Below are positions 1 through 14,000 of a DNA stretch of 64,000 bases, one piece after another (the stretch's first letter is position 1; every line of letters begins with the position of its first letter). Source of the DNA: Auanema rhodensis (lineage: Eukaryota; Animalia; Nematoda); contig OZ059899.1 in the NCBI GenBank assembly GCA_964057225.1, forward strand, positions 14,570,001 through 14,634,000. Reading direction: 5' to 3'. The notes beneath the pieces were generated by a model. That model saw only the letters and a program-made list of their open reading frames with translations. It was not told the DNA's origin and made no database searches. The position numbers and the translations under genes were made by a program.

Positions 1-1661
1 TATCTGAAGCATAAGTTATATTTTATGTTTTAATGTTTGAAACACGCACATCCATGTTCATGAATATGAGCAGCATTGTTTAACAAAACAGTCTTCAAAC
101 TTCATAATATGATGGTAGTAACACCAGTAATAAGTGTCAGTTTCCCTATAACAGTAGTCGTCGTCGTCCTCTTCTTCTTCTTCTTCTTCATTTTTTCTTC
201 CATTAGCCTTAAAAGTCAGAAATCAAAGGTGTCATTGCCAGAAAGAAAAAAATATATAATTTATACTGTATAGTTAGAGATAGAGAAGAGAAGGGCATCT
301 TCTTTTTTTTTTTGTAAAAATCAAGTTATCAACATATTTTTTAAAAAAATTTTATTTGAAAAAAACCCGAAAGAAATTCAGCCAGTTATGATTAAAAGCA
401 TAATCGAACTACATCAAAGCTTTTGATTCAAATTGAGTCCAGTCTAATACATCTTCGGACCAAAATGATGTTCAGCCTTAAGTTGCACCCTTGTACATCT
501 GTATAGATTGAACTATGTGCGAAATTTATGATTTTTGATGTAAACAACATCATAATAGGACTAAAAAGTGGCCGGAAGGACGACTGCACTAGGTGAACAG
601 GCTGCTAACGGTCGTGAAAACCTGCTTACTTAGACAATATAGCTTACTTTCCCATAGTTATAGGATCTACTTCATTGTTTTTTATATTTCTTGCACGTTT
701 ATCATCTTCATTTTCATTTTTTATCATTCCAAATGAAGGATTTCTATTCTTTCTTTGTATCTTTCTTCTCAAGCTTTAGCAGCATGCTTGAAGATGACAA
801 TGCTGACCTTACAACCTTTTCGTGAGCAGCATTATTTTTAATCAGATTTCACCGTTCTTTGTTCTCTTATATCTTAAAATATGTTTCATTTACTGCTTCA
901 TCAAAAATAATTTAAGCTTTAATCTATATGATATAATTAGGTTTTCTGATATATTTAGACGTTATGCTGAATAATCTATGATACTAGCTCTTGCTACGTC
1001 ACGCAATTTCAATCTCTCTAACCATTCAAGACCACTGTTGTGTCGAATTATTGGAGGAAGATTAACCAATTCAGTATTTGCTTCATCAGAATCTTAACTT
1101 GTTGAAGCAAACGGTCTTTGAACAATATTTTCCTTTCACACTAATTCAAAACAGAAATAGAGAAAACGAAAGTGAAGATATGTACCAACCTACCTTCTCA
1201 AATTCCAAATTTAACTCATTGTTTTCAAAATATTTTGAACTTTAAACTGTAAAAACGATTCGAATTGAGCACTTAAGCGTTCACCTGCTAAGCATTTTAG
1301 GACGAGCTTTGCAACTTTCGTGTACAACAAATCCAAATCTCCAAAAGTAAATTCAATGATGAGCAAGAGAACGACGAGAAATAGACGAATATGCTGGAAG
1401 AAGTAGAGTTGAAAAGATGAAATATATGAAAAAATTGGAGAAAAGCTTTACGTTGTTCTGAGTCAATCTAGACGATTTCTTAGCATTTTTCTCTTTAGGG
1501 CAGGGCTTGGAAAAAATAGAAAAAAAGTGGTAGCAAAGGATAAAATATGAATAAGTATTCTATGCCTAATGCCATTTTAAGACAAAAAAATTTGTTCTTT
1601 TCGCCTTCTAATACCCCCACATAAGTTTCTAGCTGAACCTGGTATTCCCCTATTTCCCTGC

Positions 1662-1698
<37 letters not shown>

Positions 1699-2671
1699 CC
1701 CCCCCCTCTCTCTCCTTCTCTCTCTCATTTATACTTTATAATATTTGAAATTTAATAAATGGTATTGCTGAACCATAATTTCTTCGTACTTCTGCACAAA
1801 AATGTTTTAATATAGCAATACTTAAATTCAAAATCCTTACTTTGGCTTTTGTTTTCTGTTCTTTGTCATCTTCCACCCTCACCTTCCCCACCCTTGCAAC
1901 CCTCTCTCTCTATTCATCATTCTCTATCTTTCTCTGTCAGCTCAAAGAACCATCTTTCTCTCAATCACGTTCTCTCTCGCTATCTCTCTCTCCCTCTCTT
2001 TCTCACCATCTCTCTTTCTCTCTCTCTCTCAGTTCAAGTAAAAGTATAACTCTGAAGCTATAAGCTAATCAGTTTGTAAATCATTTCAGAAGACAAATCG
2101 TCTTCTATTTGACTTTAAAGTACTTCATATAGCCTTTCATTGGTAAAACTCAGCTCACAATTTGGTTCCTGATCCCGAGCTACCCACCTTAATATTCTAA
2201 TTTTGGTACACAAACTTATTTTTCTAACTTTAATTTTTAGCTTCTCCAGGCTTATTTGCATCTCCACTTGCAAACTTGAGCATTTTATGAACAACAATAG
2301 AGTTATATGAAAAACTGTTTAGCTTAATGCTCATATGTCATGTCCTTTTGTGGCTACAACAACTGCAACATTAGTAACAACTTGCTCAGATATTTATGCT
2401 CAAATTAAGAATAAAACATCTTTGTTCCTGTCAATCATTTTTTTTCAACTTCATCACAACGTTTGTTTTACCCAAAAAACGAGGTGAAAACCAATAAGAA
2501 ATAGCCTCCAATCAAGCTTACGCCTTCTGGTGATAGCACCTGAATACTCTTCCTTTCCTCGTGTGTGAATCAAACAATCCGCTTTTTGTTGGATTTCTGT
2601 ATTCAAAAATTCGTCACCATATTCAATGCTGTTGACCTGTTTACTTGAATTTTTTATTTTCAGATTACGAG

Positions 2672-2744
2672 ATGTATAAGATTCACAGGCAAGGACAACT
2701 GAATAACGAGAAAGTGGTCAGTTTTTATTTTCTTCTTATCCCCT

Positions 2745-2796
<52 letters not shown>

Positions 2797-3581
2797 TTTC
2801 TGATCAAATCAAAACCTTTATTTTTTTCTCACAAACCTTATTTTGACATTTTTAAATGCCAACAATATGATGTAGAACGCGAGAGTTTAATCTTCCGTTT
2901 TACTTTGAAATTTGATCCAAATCTTCCTTAATTTCCTATATATTTTTTTCTCAACAAGCTTTTTGAATGTTTGAAGAGTTGGATATGCTCTGAAATTTCT
3001 AGCTCACATCTAGAAATTCGGGCTGAGAGTCATATAAGCTTAGACTTTAATTCGGCTTCAAAACCACAAACAGCACATACGGGCATACGCACTTGCAAGC
3101 CACCCCGACTCACACACATACATACACAGTCCGTCGTATCCTTTCCGGACTTGGGACGTCGCTTGCCTGTGTGATAATACAGCTTCAGAGACGTTGAATG
3201 AATTCCTTTTCGGATATTTTCGTCGGCTATGTAAGTCAATTCCAGCTTCATCTCAACAAACTCTTTCTCTTGAACTCACGACCCATCTTCACTTCGAAAA
3301 TCTCCGTGTTTATTCATAAATCACAAGATAATGCTGAAAGTTTTGAGTTGTTTTTGTTTTCAAAACAAAGCATTTTTTTGAATTTTATGGAAATCTTCTC
3401 TTCTTTTCAACTTCTTGCTATTCTCTATTAAAAATATTCATTTTAAACAGTTACTTCTTCCGTTTCTCTCGCTCTCAGTGAGTCTTTTGAATTCAAGCTT
3501 AATACTGCGCTTGTGTCTCTATCAATCTCTCTCTCTCTCTTCTTCTTCTTTCCATATCATTTTTTTCTATCAATCTCTCTC

Positions 3582-3664
<83 letters not shown>

Positions 3665-5961
3665 ATCAAGATGTTCTATTTAAACGAAGTTATAACTCAT
3701 TTAGCCATCCATAACATATAGTCCTTTCAAATAAATTTTTTTTCTTACCGAAACAAAGAAAAAACGAATATTTCCGTATTTGAATCTATAAATTTGAACT
3801 GTTATAAGTATTTTTCTCATATTTTCACATCTCTAAGAATCATTGAAATCACATAAGAGTATAAAAATAAAGTAATGGCTGGGAAAATTTTTCCAAAAAA
3901 AAAAAACATTTTCACAGCAGTAAGTTAAAGCCAGAAAATTCTACGTTAAGCCTCAAAACAATGTTAACGCAATGCGAATCTCATATTGTGTCATGTTATT
4001 TTGTGCTATTTTCAGAAGTCCAAAGTGAGTAAGACTCAGGATGAAGAAGAACGGACCAAGGTTCTTGTTTTTGACTTTTTTTTTTGTTTCTTTAAACATA
4101 TATTTGTCTTGTTGTCTTGGGTACAATGATATATGTTTAAGGATTTCCAAGTGAAGTGTAATAGCTTAACTCTGGAAATCTCTTGACATCATTATCTTGT
4201 CATCTTATTTTGTTTGTTGTTGTTTCAAAAAGTCTTCAAAAAATGAAAAAAAGCAGGAAGTAAAAGAAGAAGGAAAAGCTCTGCTCACACATGTCTTTGT
4301 TACGTTCTTGCCGTCTTTCAGGTATCTGTGATTGCCATGGAAGAAGACGAGGAGATGCGTCGCCTGGAGCGCAAAAAACGCTCACAGGAAGATATGGTTG
4401 CTGATTTCGTGAAGATTCTGGAGCAGATGAGTGAGTATTAAGCTAGTCCTATTCATAAATTACGTTTATTCTTTCATTGATTCTGCTATATATGTATATG
4501 TTGCCAATTACTTTAATGTTTCAGTGAATCCCCGACAGGCTGTTACCTCATTCGTGTCAGCTACGACCGGCCTGGGAGCTGTCATTGTTGCTCTGCTCTA
4601 TCTGAACAATGTGCCAGAAACAGCAAGTAAAGCCAAGGAATTGATTGTTGTACTGATAGTTTATGGTTGGTTATTATCTTTCTGTTGAATCTCGCTGTGC
4701 TGTTACTGAGAGCGTCACCAACGTTTTCGTCCAGCTAGCTTGCTTGGTTCTGTTTTTTGAGAATTTTGAATGAGATCAGTAAATCGCTGTGCTCATACAG
4801 AATAGTCTTATCATTGAAACCATATAAGAAAGGAATTCATATAATATTTTGCAAGATTAAATGTTAATAACAGGATTCATAATTCCGGCTTGTATGACTC
4901 AAAACAATTATTGCAATATTTGCCTTTTTTTGCCTCATTATCGTCACATGTTTTCAACCTTTTTATCAGCTGATTATCACTGATTTTAATTTTGCAACCA
5001 ATAGTTCAGTGATTATGAATTACAAATTTCAAAATGAATAGATAAATGGTCTTAAATTATTTAAATGTCAAGGTTAAAATTGAATAAATCAACAAAAAAA
5101 AAAAGATATTTGTCTTCAGAAACTCTTAGAACTTTTTCTTCGTTCAGGTATACTTCAAGTACTTTTGGCTACTGCCTTCTTTGTAACATGTATGCAAACA
5201 TCAATTGCTGTTTCTAAAGGAGTTAAGGTTTGTTAAAGCTTATTATTTTCTGAAAATGTTGAGAAAAAGTGAATTTTATAAGGAATAAGACTGAAAGAGG
5301 TGATCAGAAAAAAAACATTCGAAAGGATAAGGATGAGGAAGTTCGAACGCCTCACAACTATACTTGAGGCTCAGATTTCAAGGAAGATGATCGCTTTCAG
5401 AGGTCGTCGTATTCTTTCAATTATTGTGAATTAAAAGAGAATTGGAAACAAGTTAAAATGGATAGCGAGTACGAGAGAAATTGGGAGGGCGAGAGGGGGA
5501 GGATGTGGATCGGCTGACTGACTCTTGAGTGCCACCCTCTAAATCCATAAAAGATTTACTCTTTCTGTCAGACCAGAAAAAAACACATTTCTTTTGATTT
5601 CAGGATGCTTTTCAAATTGTTGTCGGTCTACTGGTAGCACTTGTATACGTAGCCATCGCGCTCATATCATTAGTTGTCGGAATATTCGGTACGTCCTTCT
5701 GATAATGCTCAAGGATTAGATCATGATAAAGCAATGTTCATAATCTTAGCATAAGCTGTTACAGCATTTCTTCAATCTTCACTAAAACTGTTTATATTAA
5801 TCATTTAAGGTTTTTATAAAACTATCTGCTTGGTTAGCTATGTGGAATACATCGATCGCACATCATTGTTCTTCTGTCCACCACCTGTGTTCTATACTTC
5901 ACTCTGTGTTTTCATACTTCACATTATACTTATTGTACTTAAATGCTGCTGTTGTAAATAA
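2672..5961 (+). CDS. Small four-transmembrane protein with a C-terminal Cys cluster, TMEM272-like (multi-exon)
   Basis: Hand-spliced, phase-consistent GT-AG exons: 2672-2716 (MYKIHRQGQLNNEKV; alternative first exon 3198-3230), 4016-4024 (KSK), 4322-4430, 4525-4665, 5148-5227, 5604-5688 and 5810-5961. The product has four hydrophobic segments and ends FFCPPPVFYTSLCVFILHIILIVLKCCCCK*. AATAAA lies at 6018-6023. The family name is inferred from architecture, and the 5' end is uncertain. Confidence 0.8.
3575..3662. repeat. (CT)n microsatellite
   Basis: Near-perfect CT run; representative of dozens in the flanking zones. Confidence 0.95.
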
Positions 5962-6735
5962 TTTTAATTGAAAAATTACACAAAATCGAACAAAAAAATC
6001 ATTTCATTGTTTCAAGAAATAAAATTTTCAAATTATAAATTAAGAATCTAATATACACATCTACTGATTCATCTCATCTCATTTCTTTATTCTCAAGAAT
6101 ACTGAGTTCGTTCTTCGATCAAGCATAAGAGATAAACTGTCTTCTCTTTTTTCCTATATAGTAGTAAAGCACATCCTCTCTCTCTCTCTCTCTCTCATAC
6201 GTATAGACATCATCAAATACATGTGAATTAAACGTCAGAATGTTGGATTATTGATGATATGAAGACAAAAATAATCGAGGTATTTTGCTTCTTATCATAT
6301 CATATATATATGAACTTAAAGTTAATATATCATGTAGAATATATTATTTATTCAATCTTTCCATAAATTACAATGAATTGAAGAGGAAAGTACATAGAAT
6401 GTATTGTTTCTTCAAATTCAATTGAAAACTAAAATCAAAAAACTCTCTCACATTCCTCACTCTTAATGCACCGAAATTGTGAAAAAAAAAGATTTGTTCC
6501 TAATTTGATATACAAGCACTTTAATGCATGTTCATGAATTCCACATGACTCTCTCTCTCTCTTTCTCTGTGTGTGAAACAACCGCTCGTGCCATCTGATA
6601 TCGTAAAAATTCAAAAAACCCCGGTTTTCACGTGCAAATGGTATCACGTGAATTAAAAAATGAATAAAACGTAGCTCATCTTATCAGCATCTCATTTGAT
6701 TTAAGAGGTTTTTGCAATAAAAAGCTTGTTTCATA

Positions 6736-6739
<4 letters not shown>

Positions 6740-6775
<36 letters not shown>
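6740..6775. repeat. (TA)n microsatellite
   Basis: Perfect TA run. Confidence 0.95.
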
Positions 6776-6779
<4 letters not shown>

Positions 6780-9700
6780 AATAAACTGATAGATACTTCT
6801 AAACACATCTGCTATATGTACTTCATCTCACTTTAAACTTCAGAATTTCCCGCCCATTCCAATTTTTGAATTGGAAACAGCCGTTTAAGTGCAAATTTGT
6901 ATTATGATATGTACTTATATGTATGTATACTTAGTTCAAAATACATATTTTAACATCCCTTAGGGTATTTTCTTGTTAAACTACATTTTTCCTTTTTTTG
7001 TTTGCATTTCAAGCTTGTTTATTAGTAGGTACAACTAGCCGGTTGATGACCATAAACAGCTGTTTTTTGTTTTTTATTTTTTTGTTGCACTTTAAGGTCA
7101 ACTTATTTGTTTTTAAAAATAATTTTTTTATTTCACTACTCTAAGTTCATTATATTTTCTTCATTTATTATTACGTTTTAACGATCTTTCTTTCAATATT
7201 TTACACTTCTATGTATAACTTTTTGTAATTTTAATTCATTTTTTCACCCTATTAATAGTTTCTGTGTTACTTTTCTTTATTTCAATATGGACTATAATAA
7301 TGATGTAAAGAAAGAGAAGAAGTAGTAGTTTTCTTATTACAAATGATTTTTAAAAGAAAATTTATCTTAATTTCTTATCACGTGTAGAAATTACATGTGA
7401 ATACTTATAATTCTTTTAATTCCTATTAAAAAGTTTAAAATTTTATAGAAATGAATGAAAGCCAGACTGAAACATGTGATGGATTAGATTGTTTGACTCT
7501 TTGAACATAATTGATCTTTTGAACAGGAGCCAATAACATCATACATGGGTTGATTGTCATACATAGATTCATAGATAGAGATAGATGATCGATGAATTGT
7601 GATCATCTAGTTGAAACAATTCACTCATTTATTCAAATTTTCTATTTTTAAATGACAGATTAATCAATTTTTGATTATAATTTCTCATATTTTTCTGTTT
7701 GATTTTGTGAGATTGATAGATTGAGAGAAGAGAGAATGTAAAGAAACTTCATGATCATCACGTTTATCAGTGGAATTACTTTTAGTCGTCCGTAAGAAGA
7801 GATTAGACCAAAGTTGTCACCTATATAGTAGTAAAGCACAATCTCTATTTCCTCAGATATTCTCAATTTCTGTTTTTTTTTGATATCCCATAGTATTATT
7901 AGGTGATGTTATGTGTCTGCTTCCTTGTTGTTAAGAAGATTAGAAGGCATACTATCACCACATTTCCCATATGTCATTTAGATATGACACTTATTTCCTT
8001 ACAAGATGTTTGAAAGGAAAATTGAAGTGCAAAAAGTTGTTAAGTCTCTTACAGCTTCTTATCAGATACATATGTGTTGAATAAGAAGTAGGAAAGACAC
8101 ACACACACATATATATGTATATGAATAGGTAAGAGAGGGAGATAGAGAGAGAGAGAGAGAGAAAGAGAAAGAAGATGAAGCAGAAAAGAAAGGGGAAGAA
8201 AAAGCCTTTTCGGTGTGTTAAAATTTCCTGCTTAGTCTTTGTTCTAACCACGTGACTAGTGTCTATCTATATCAATATTTCTATCTCTTATTAATGTAGA
8301 AGCTTCATGATTTTTAATATTTAATTGAAATATAAATATATCAAATCCACTATTCATCATCTATTATGACCTTCAGCTTATCGTCATGTTCTCCCTCTTA
8401 ATCTCTTTACACCCCTTTCTTTCTACCTATATATCTATGGCTTTCTTTCGAATTGTTCTCGCAGTTCTCTACCAATCAAAAGAGGTACTGTACATACTTA
8501 TAAGTAGGGATGTTCAATTCTGGGCTAGAAAAAGTTTGAAATTCCATGAGAATATGCCATAAACTCATGACCTCTATGCTTCCTTCTCTCTCTCTATCTT
8601 TCTCTCTGTCTCCCTCCTCTTTCTTTGATAAACCGATTGTGCTATCAACTAAGCTGTCATCTGAAAAAAGGTTTATCTTTTGATCTTACATGTTCCGCTC
8701 CATTCTACAGCAACAGTCTTGTTTATTGAATTTTTCGTTCATTTCTGAATTTCTGCAATTGTAGACGACGCAGAAGATGACGTCAATCGACCACTTTTCT
8801 TACACCTTCATTTGATGAATTAGATGCCGCTTTCTAATACAATAATCAAAAAATAGTCTGATAGCTTCTGTTGATCGAACCTTTTCGTTTGCATCATGCT
8901 TTGTCAGAGTTTTCATCTTCGCGCAACATGCTGAAAACCGGCAAAAATGGCCGGCTGACTGCTGTCTTCTGGCGTTCGCTCTCCATTCCGATCGTCCGTG
9001 GACTTCATGATCAGTTGGCTAAACGTCTGTGCAGCCAGCAAAATCACTTAGTTTGTCATTCAGTCAGGTATGTGGATGTACATATCTGCACAAGATCACT
9101 TCTTTAACAGTTTTTTTGTCTTCACATCGCTATCCTTTGTCTTGGTTTTTTCTAGTTCAATGACAGTTCTACCGAGAGAGAGAGAGAGGGAGAGAGAGAC
9201 AGACTGACAGAGAGGGAAGGAGAGAGAGAGAGAGAAATTGGAGCTGTGCAATCAACAGCACATTTCCTTTCTTGCTTCCTATCCTATGTATATTCTTCTA
9301 GAATTCTCATAAATATAATCAACAAGAATTGTTTTTCCGTCTTGAATCTACAACTACTACGTCTACTACGATTACTTCTCCTACAACTACTTCAATGATC
9401 TCGTTTCCTATCGACCACACATAATCATAACATCATTAACCTGAAGTCTGATGTAATCTTAGATCACTGATTGTATTTGATTTTTCATTATTTCACATTT
9501 ATCGAAACTTGTTGTTTATATCACTTTACCGCTGATATATAGAAACGTTTTCTTATAACTTGTTTGTTTTTTTAAACTTTGGTCACCTGAAGTATGGTAT
9601 TAGAAAGCCATTTAGAAACGATTTAAATGTTTTTTAAAAAAATCCAATATGTAACTTTCATCACATGTCTTCAAAGTTTTGTCCTCTCGTACAATTTATT

Positions 9701-11011
9701 TGCTTCTCTTACGCTAGTGAACTTAGGTTTGAACTTTGGAAAACAGAAAGCAGATTTGCGAAATGCGCTCATCTTTCTGGGGAATTCCTTTGCTAGATAG
9801 CGGCAGCACAGAACATGTTTTGCATATTTCCTTTTCTGATTTCTCTCTCCACCTCTGTCTGCCTTTCTTAAAATTTCTCGTAATTTTGACCGCTTATCTG
9901 AATTCGTAATAGAACCACGTGCTTGGAAAGAAAAGAACAATAATGCTGTCTGTATCGAAAGGATAGAGAAAAGTAGAATAAGAGGGGGAGGGAGAAGGGG
10001 GAGAGATACAGAGAGACAGAGAGATAGCTGCATGCATGTAGTGGTGGTGATGATGATGCTAAGTGAATCTTCCTTATTCTTTCATCTTCCTCATCTTCAT
10101 GACTATAATCATTAAGATCTTCATTATTTTCCTTTTATGGTCTGCCAAAACGAGAACTAAGATTACTTCTCCGATACTCTACTGCTTCTTGCCTTTTTCT
10201 GGCACAAAATAGGGGGAGGAGGGGGAGTTGTCAGAGGAGGCGATAGATAATAGAGAGGTAAGATAGAGGGAAAAGAAGAAGACATAAAAGAATAGCTGAT
10301 AACGGTCTTGCAATCTTTCATCTGATTATGACTAGAATCTTTTCCCCATTCTTTGCCTCTTCTTTTCCTACTTTACCTTTAGTCCTCTTTCCTTTCCTTC
10401 TCCATTTCTTCCTCTTCTTCCTCTTCCTCGTCTTCATTTGTTTTGCATTTCTGTGATCGAATACAATTTTGTTCGAAAAGGGCAAAAAAGAATTCGGCCA
10501 TCTTCTCTTCGTTCCCCATTCTCGCCTCTCTCTCTCTCTCTCTCTTGCTCCGTAGTCTTCTTTGTATTCCTCCTCCCATCTGCTACAACTTATTTAACTT
10601 CTCTAAACTTCATCATATATGGTTAAGCATCCTATTTCAACTCGATACGTACAGTTAAACACTTCTAATCGAATAAATGGTGGCAATGGTGTTTTCTCTT
10701 TTCATTGATCCAGTTCAAAGTCAATGAGAGATATGTTTATATAGATTCTGAAGCACCCCTTTTACTGGCATCATCGTTACAATCAGTGTGTGATTGTCAT
10801 TGTAATCGTGATATACCTACTACTTTACTATCATTCCTATTATCGTAGTCATATAGTCTTTTTTGACATAAAATCAGTTATTTTTGAATTAATTGAGCTA
10901 ATACTCTTCTATCGGTTTTCCAATTTTTGTTTTTTAAAAAAATTTTAAAATTCGAATGTAATTTCATTTATTTCGTTGAATTTTTTGTACTTCATTCCTA
11001 ATTATTTTTGC

Positions 11012-11067
<56 letters not shown>

Positions 11068-14000
11068 TTTGCTCACAATCCTTCTCGAAACATTGCTCAA
11101 GTTCTTAATCATGTTTATTAGAAATTTCATCTTAAATCTACTTTTTATTTCTATTATTCCTATTTGTTTCACTATAATATTGTCAGATTTTAAACGAACG
11201 AATTGGATTTGATTGACTCATATGCAAATCTGCCATGTTTGCTTCTGAATTTTAACTTCTATGAACGTCAGTCTTTCGGATGACACGACCTATGGGCTTC
11301 TTATTCATCAACATAAATTCTGATGCCGTGTTGGGATTTCAATCCCTTACTTACTTCCATATATACGTTCCTACACATATGTTCATACACATGCAGACTC
11401 AATCAAGCCATGCCATGTACTCATTCTATAGTACTCTTACGCTCCGTCCTTTGTGATAATTCTTTTTATTTTTTCGAAACCATCATCTGGTTGACCTTTG
11501 ACTATCGTCAACAGGCAACACATCGGCCTTATTCTTCATGACTGAGTCTGTTTCTCTCCTTTTACAAGGAAGGACATGTTTTCTGATGACATCAGTCTCA
11601 ATCATCATCAGTCTCAGGCATGGCTGCAAGCCTCCTCCTCTTTTGCAGCATCAACTTCTGTCCAGTTGGTTCGTGCGGCGCTCATCTTCTCACTTCTGAT
11701 CGTTGTAGTGTTGTTGTGGTGATGATAGTGGCTGATGACAACAATGCTTTTCGATCTTTTATCATTCTTTCAACATGTGGCAAGTGAAGATAAATGGTCA
11801 TTTACTCTGATCACGTTCGTTATCATCATCTCTATCATCATCCCCATACCCATCACCATCAGTATCATGATCATCACATCAGTCTTCTAAATAATAGAAT
11901 GGTAAACTTAAATCATGAAGAGACGTTCAAAGTATGCATCGGTTAGAGTAAGTGCCTCATGACACATCTTCTCAACTGACACATGAGTTATACAGCTGCA
12001 AGTGTTTGTACAGAATGTTTCACTTCGTTGTCTTCATTCTTGTTGATTATCATTAACTCGCCAGATATTGTCCCTCAACTTTTTAATTTTTTAATTTTTT
12101 TTTTTCGAATGAAAGTCAGAGATATTTAATTTGTTTTTCACGTGAATAAGTGTACACGTGAATGATACGTTGTTTGGCGCTCATTGTTAGAGTTGCAACA
12201 GCAGTGAACGGTTTAGTTTTAGTTTCGTTAAATCCTTTCTTCTTTCTCTCTTTACTTCCTCTTGTCTCATACATTTCACAATGTTTCTTACAAATCAAAT
12301 CTTATGTCGAGAAAGCCGATTGCTGGAATCCTCTGTTATGAGCGTGTGTATGTGTGTGTGCATGAGTATGTGCATGCTTCAAACTTCGAGCTCTAAACAG
12401 CCTGCTCAACCATTAACTCAACTCCCTGCGCTTCCTTACACGTCATTCTTTTCTTCTTTTTTTCATCGAAAATTTTTGTTTTGCCATTTGCCGTTTTTTG
12501 CCTTTTTGATGTCCATGTCTTGCATATCTGCTTATGTCACCTCCTTCAGTTCTGTGTTCATTTTCTTGTAATAGATATCCATGTGATTCAAAATATTCGG
12601 AAAGATGTTGGACTCTCTTTCTAAGTTGAAATTTCGATGTTTCTGTTTGAAAAACTTTCACTCTACAGCTTGGTCTCTACTCTGAGAGCTGTTAGTAAGT
12701 AAGTAGCTTAATGACTTTGAAACGAATAAAATACGAGGTAGAAAGGCGAGAAGGAAAGAGAGAAACTTATAGAGAGAAATAGAGGAAAATAGAGAGAGAA
12801 AGGGAAAAGAATGTAGAAAAGCTGTACGAGAAGTAGGAAATTCCTTCCATCCGGTTGATGTTATGTTTCCATCTATGAACATGAAGTATGACCAACAAAT
12901 AGCCGTTTATCATGAAAAAAATTTATTTTTGAACTTGTATCAATACAAATCTTTTCTTCATTTCTCAATATTATAATACAAATCTAGAAAGTATTTTATC
13001 TATCTATCTATGTTTTTTTCTAATATCTCTATACATATGTCTACTATACATTATATTCTATTGTTTTGGTTTCTCTCTCTCTCTTCTTGCTCTATCTTCC
13101 ATCTCTCTCTATCTCTTTACTTTATCTCTCTCATTCTCTTCTCATCAGTATATCTCTTACCTTTCTATGCTCTTTAAAGATTTGAGGGAGGATGGATGAA
13201 TGATAACCAAAGATTGAGATATAGACGTGACACAGAAAAGAGAGAGAGACACACACACACACAGTTAGATATGTATAGAGAAAGAGGAAGAGGAAGAGAG
13301 AGGGAGAGAAGACCAGATAGACACAGAGCATTGAGCTATATGATCGGCAAACGATAGACACAACATAGATATATATACACAAGAAAGATTTTTCCATATT
13401 TCTTTTCGGCATACGTTTAAGCTCAGGCTGAATGAATGATGCTTCTGCTTCTCCTTTTCTCCCACATTCTTCTCTTCTCCTTGCGAGCGCTCCAACGTTC
13501 GCGTCGTTTTCGTTTCGTATATCGTTCATCTACCTTAGTTGTTCAGACTGTTGTTGATGTTAACATATAGCAGAATCCTTCATGTTTGCCATAAAAGCTT
13601 CAATTATCTTGTTTCTTCCACTAAAAGTTTCTCTGACTCCCTTTTCTCAACTAGTTACCATTTTCTTCCATTGCTTTCATTTACCCTTGTTTGATTTTTC
13701 CTTATCTATCGTTTGTCTTTCAGTTCTATCTACGCTTCGCAACCTAATTACACCAGCGTTTTCCGAGTCCTGCCTACGCTGTAGCTTCATAACAAAAATA
13801 GCGACATAAGGAAGGCTGTGTCTCTGTTCGCACTTTTGAACATTCATCGCGTCCTCTCTTTTTCTTTGAATATGTCTTTCTTTCAACTTCAGCACATGTG
13901 CGAGCTTTGTTTTTATAAAACGGAAGGACAGAAAATCTATGTCCCTGTGGTATGTTAGCATTCAGTTAAGCAATCCCATAACTCGCCTTAGGACATAGCC

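Noticed and set aside
5335-5355. GTTCGAAC resembling a tRNA T-loop
   Set aside because: No T-stem or cloverleaf; no tRNA was found in the window.
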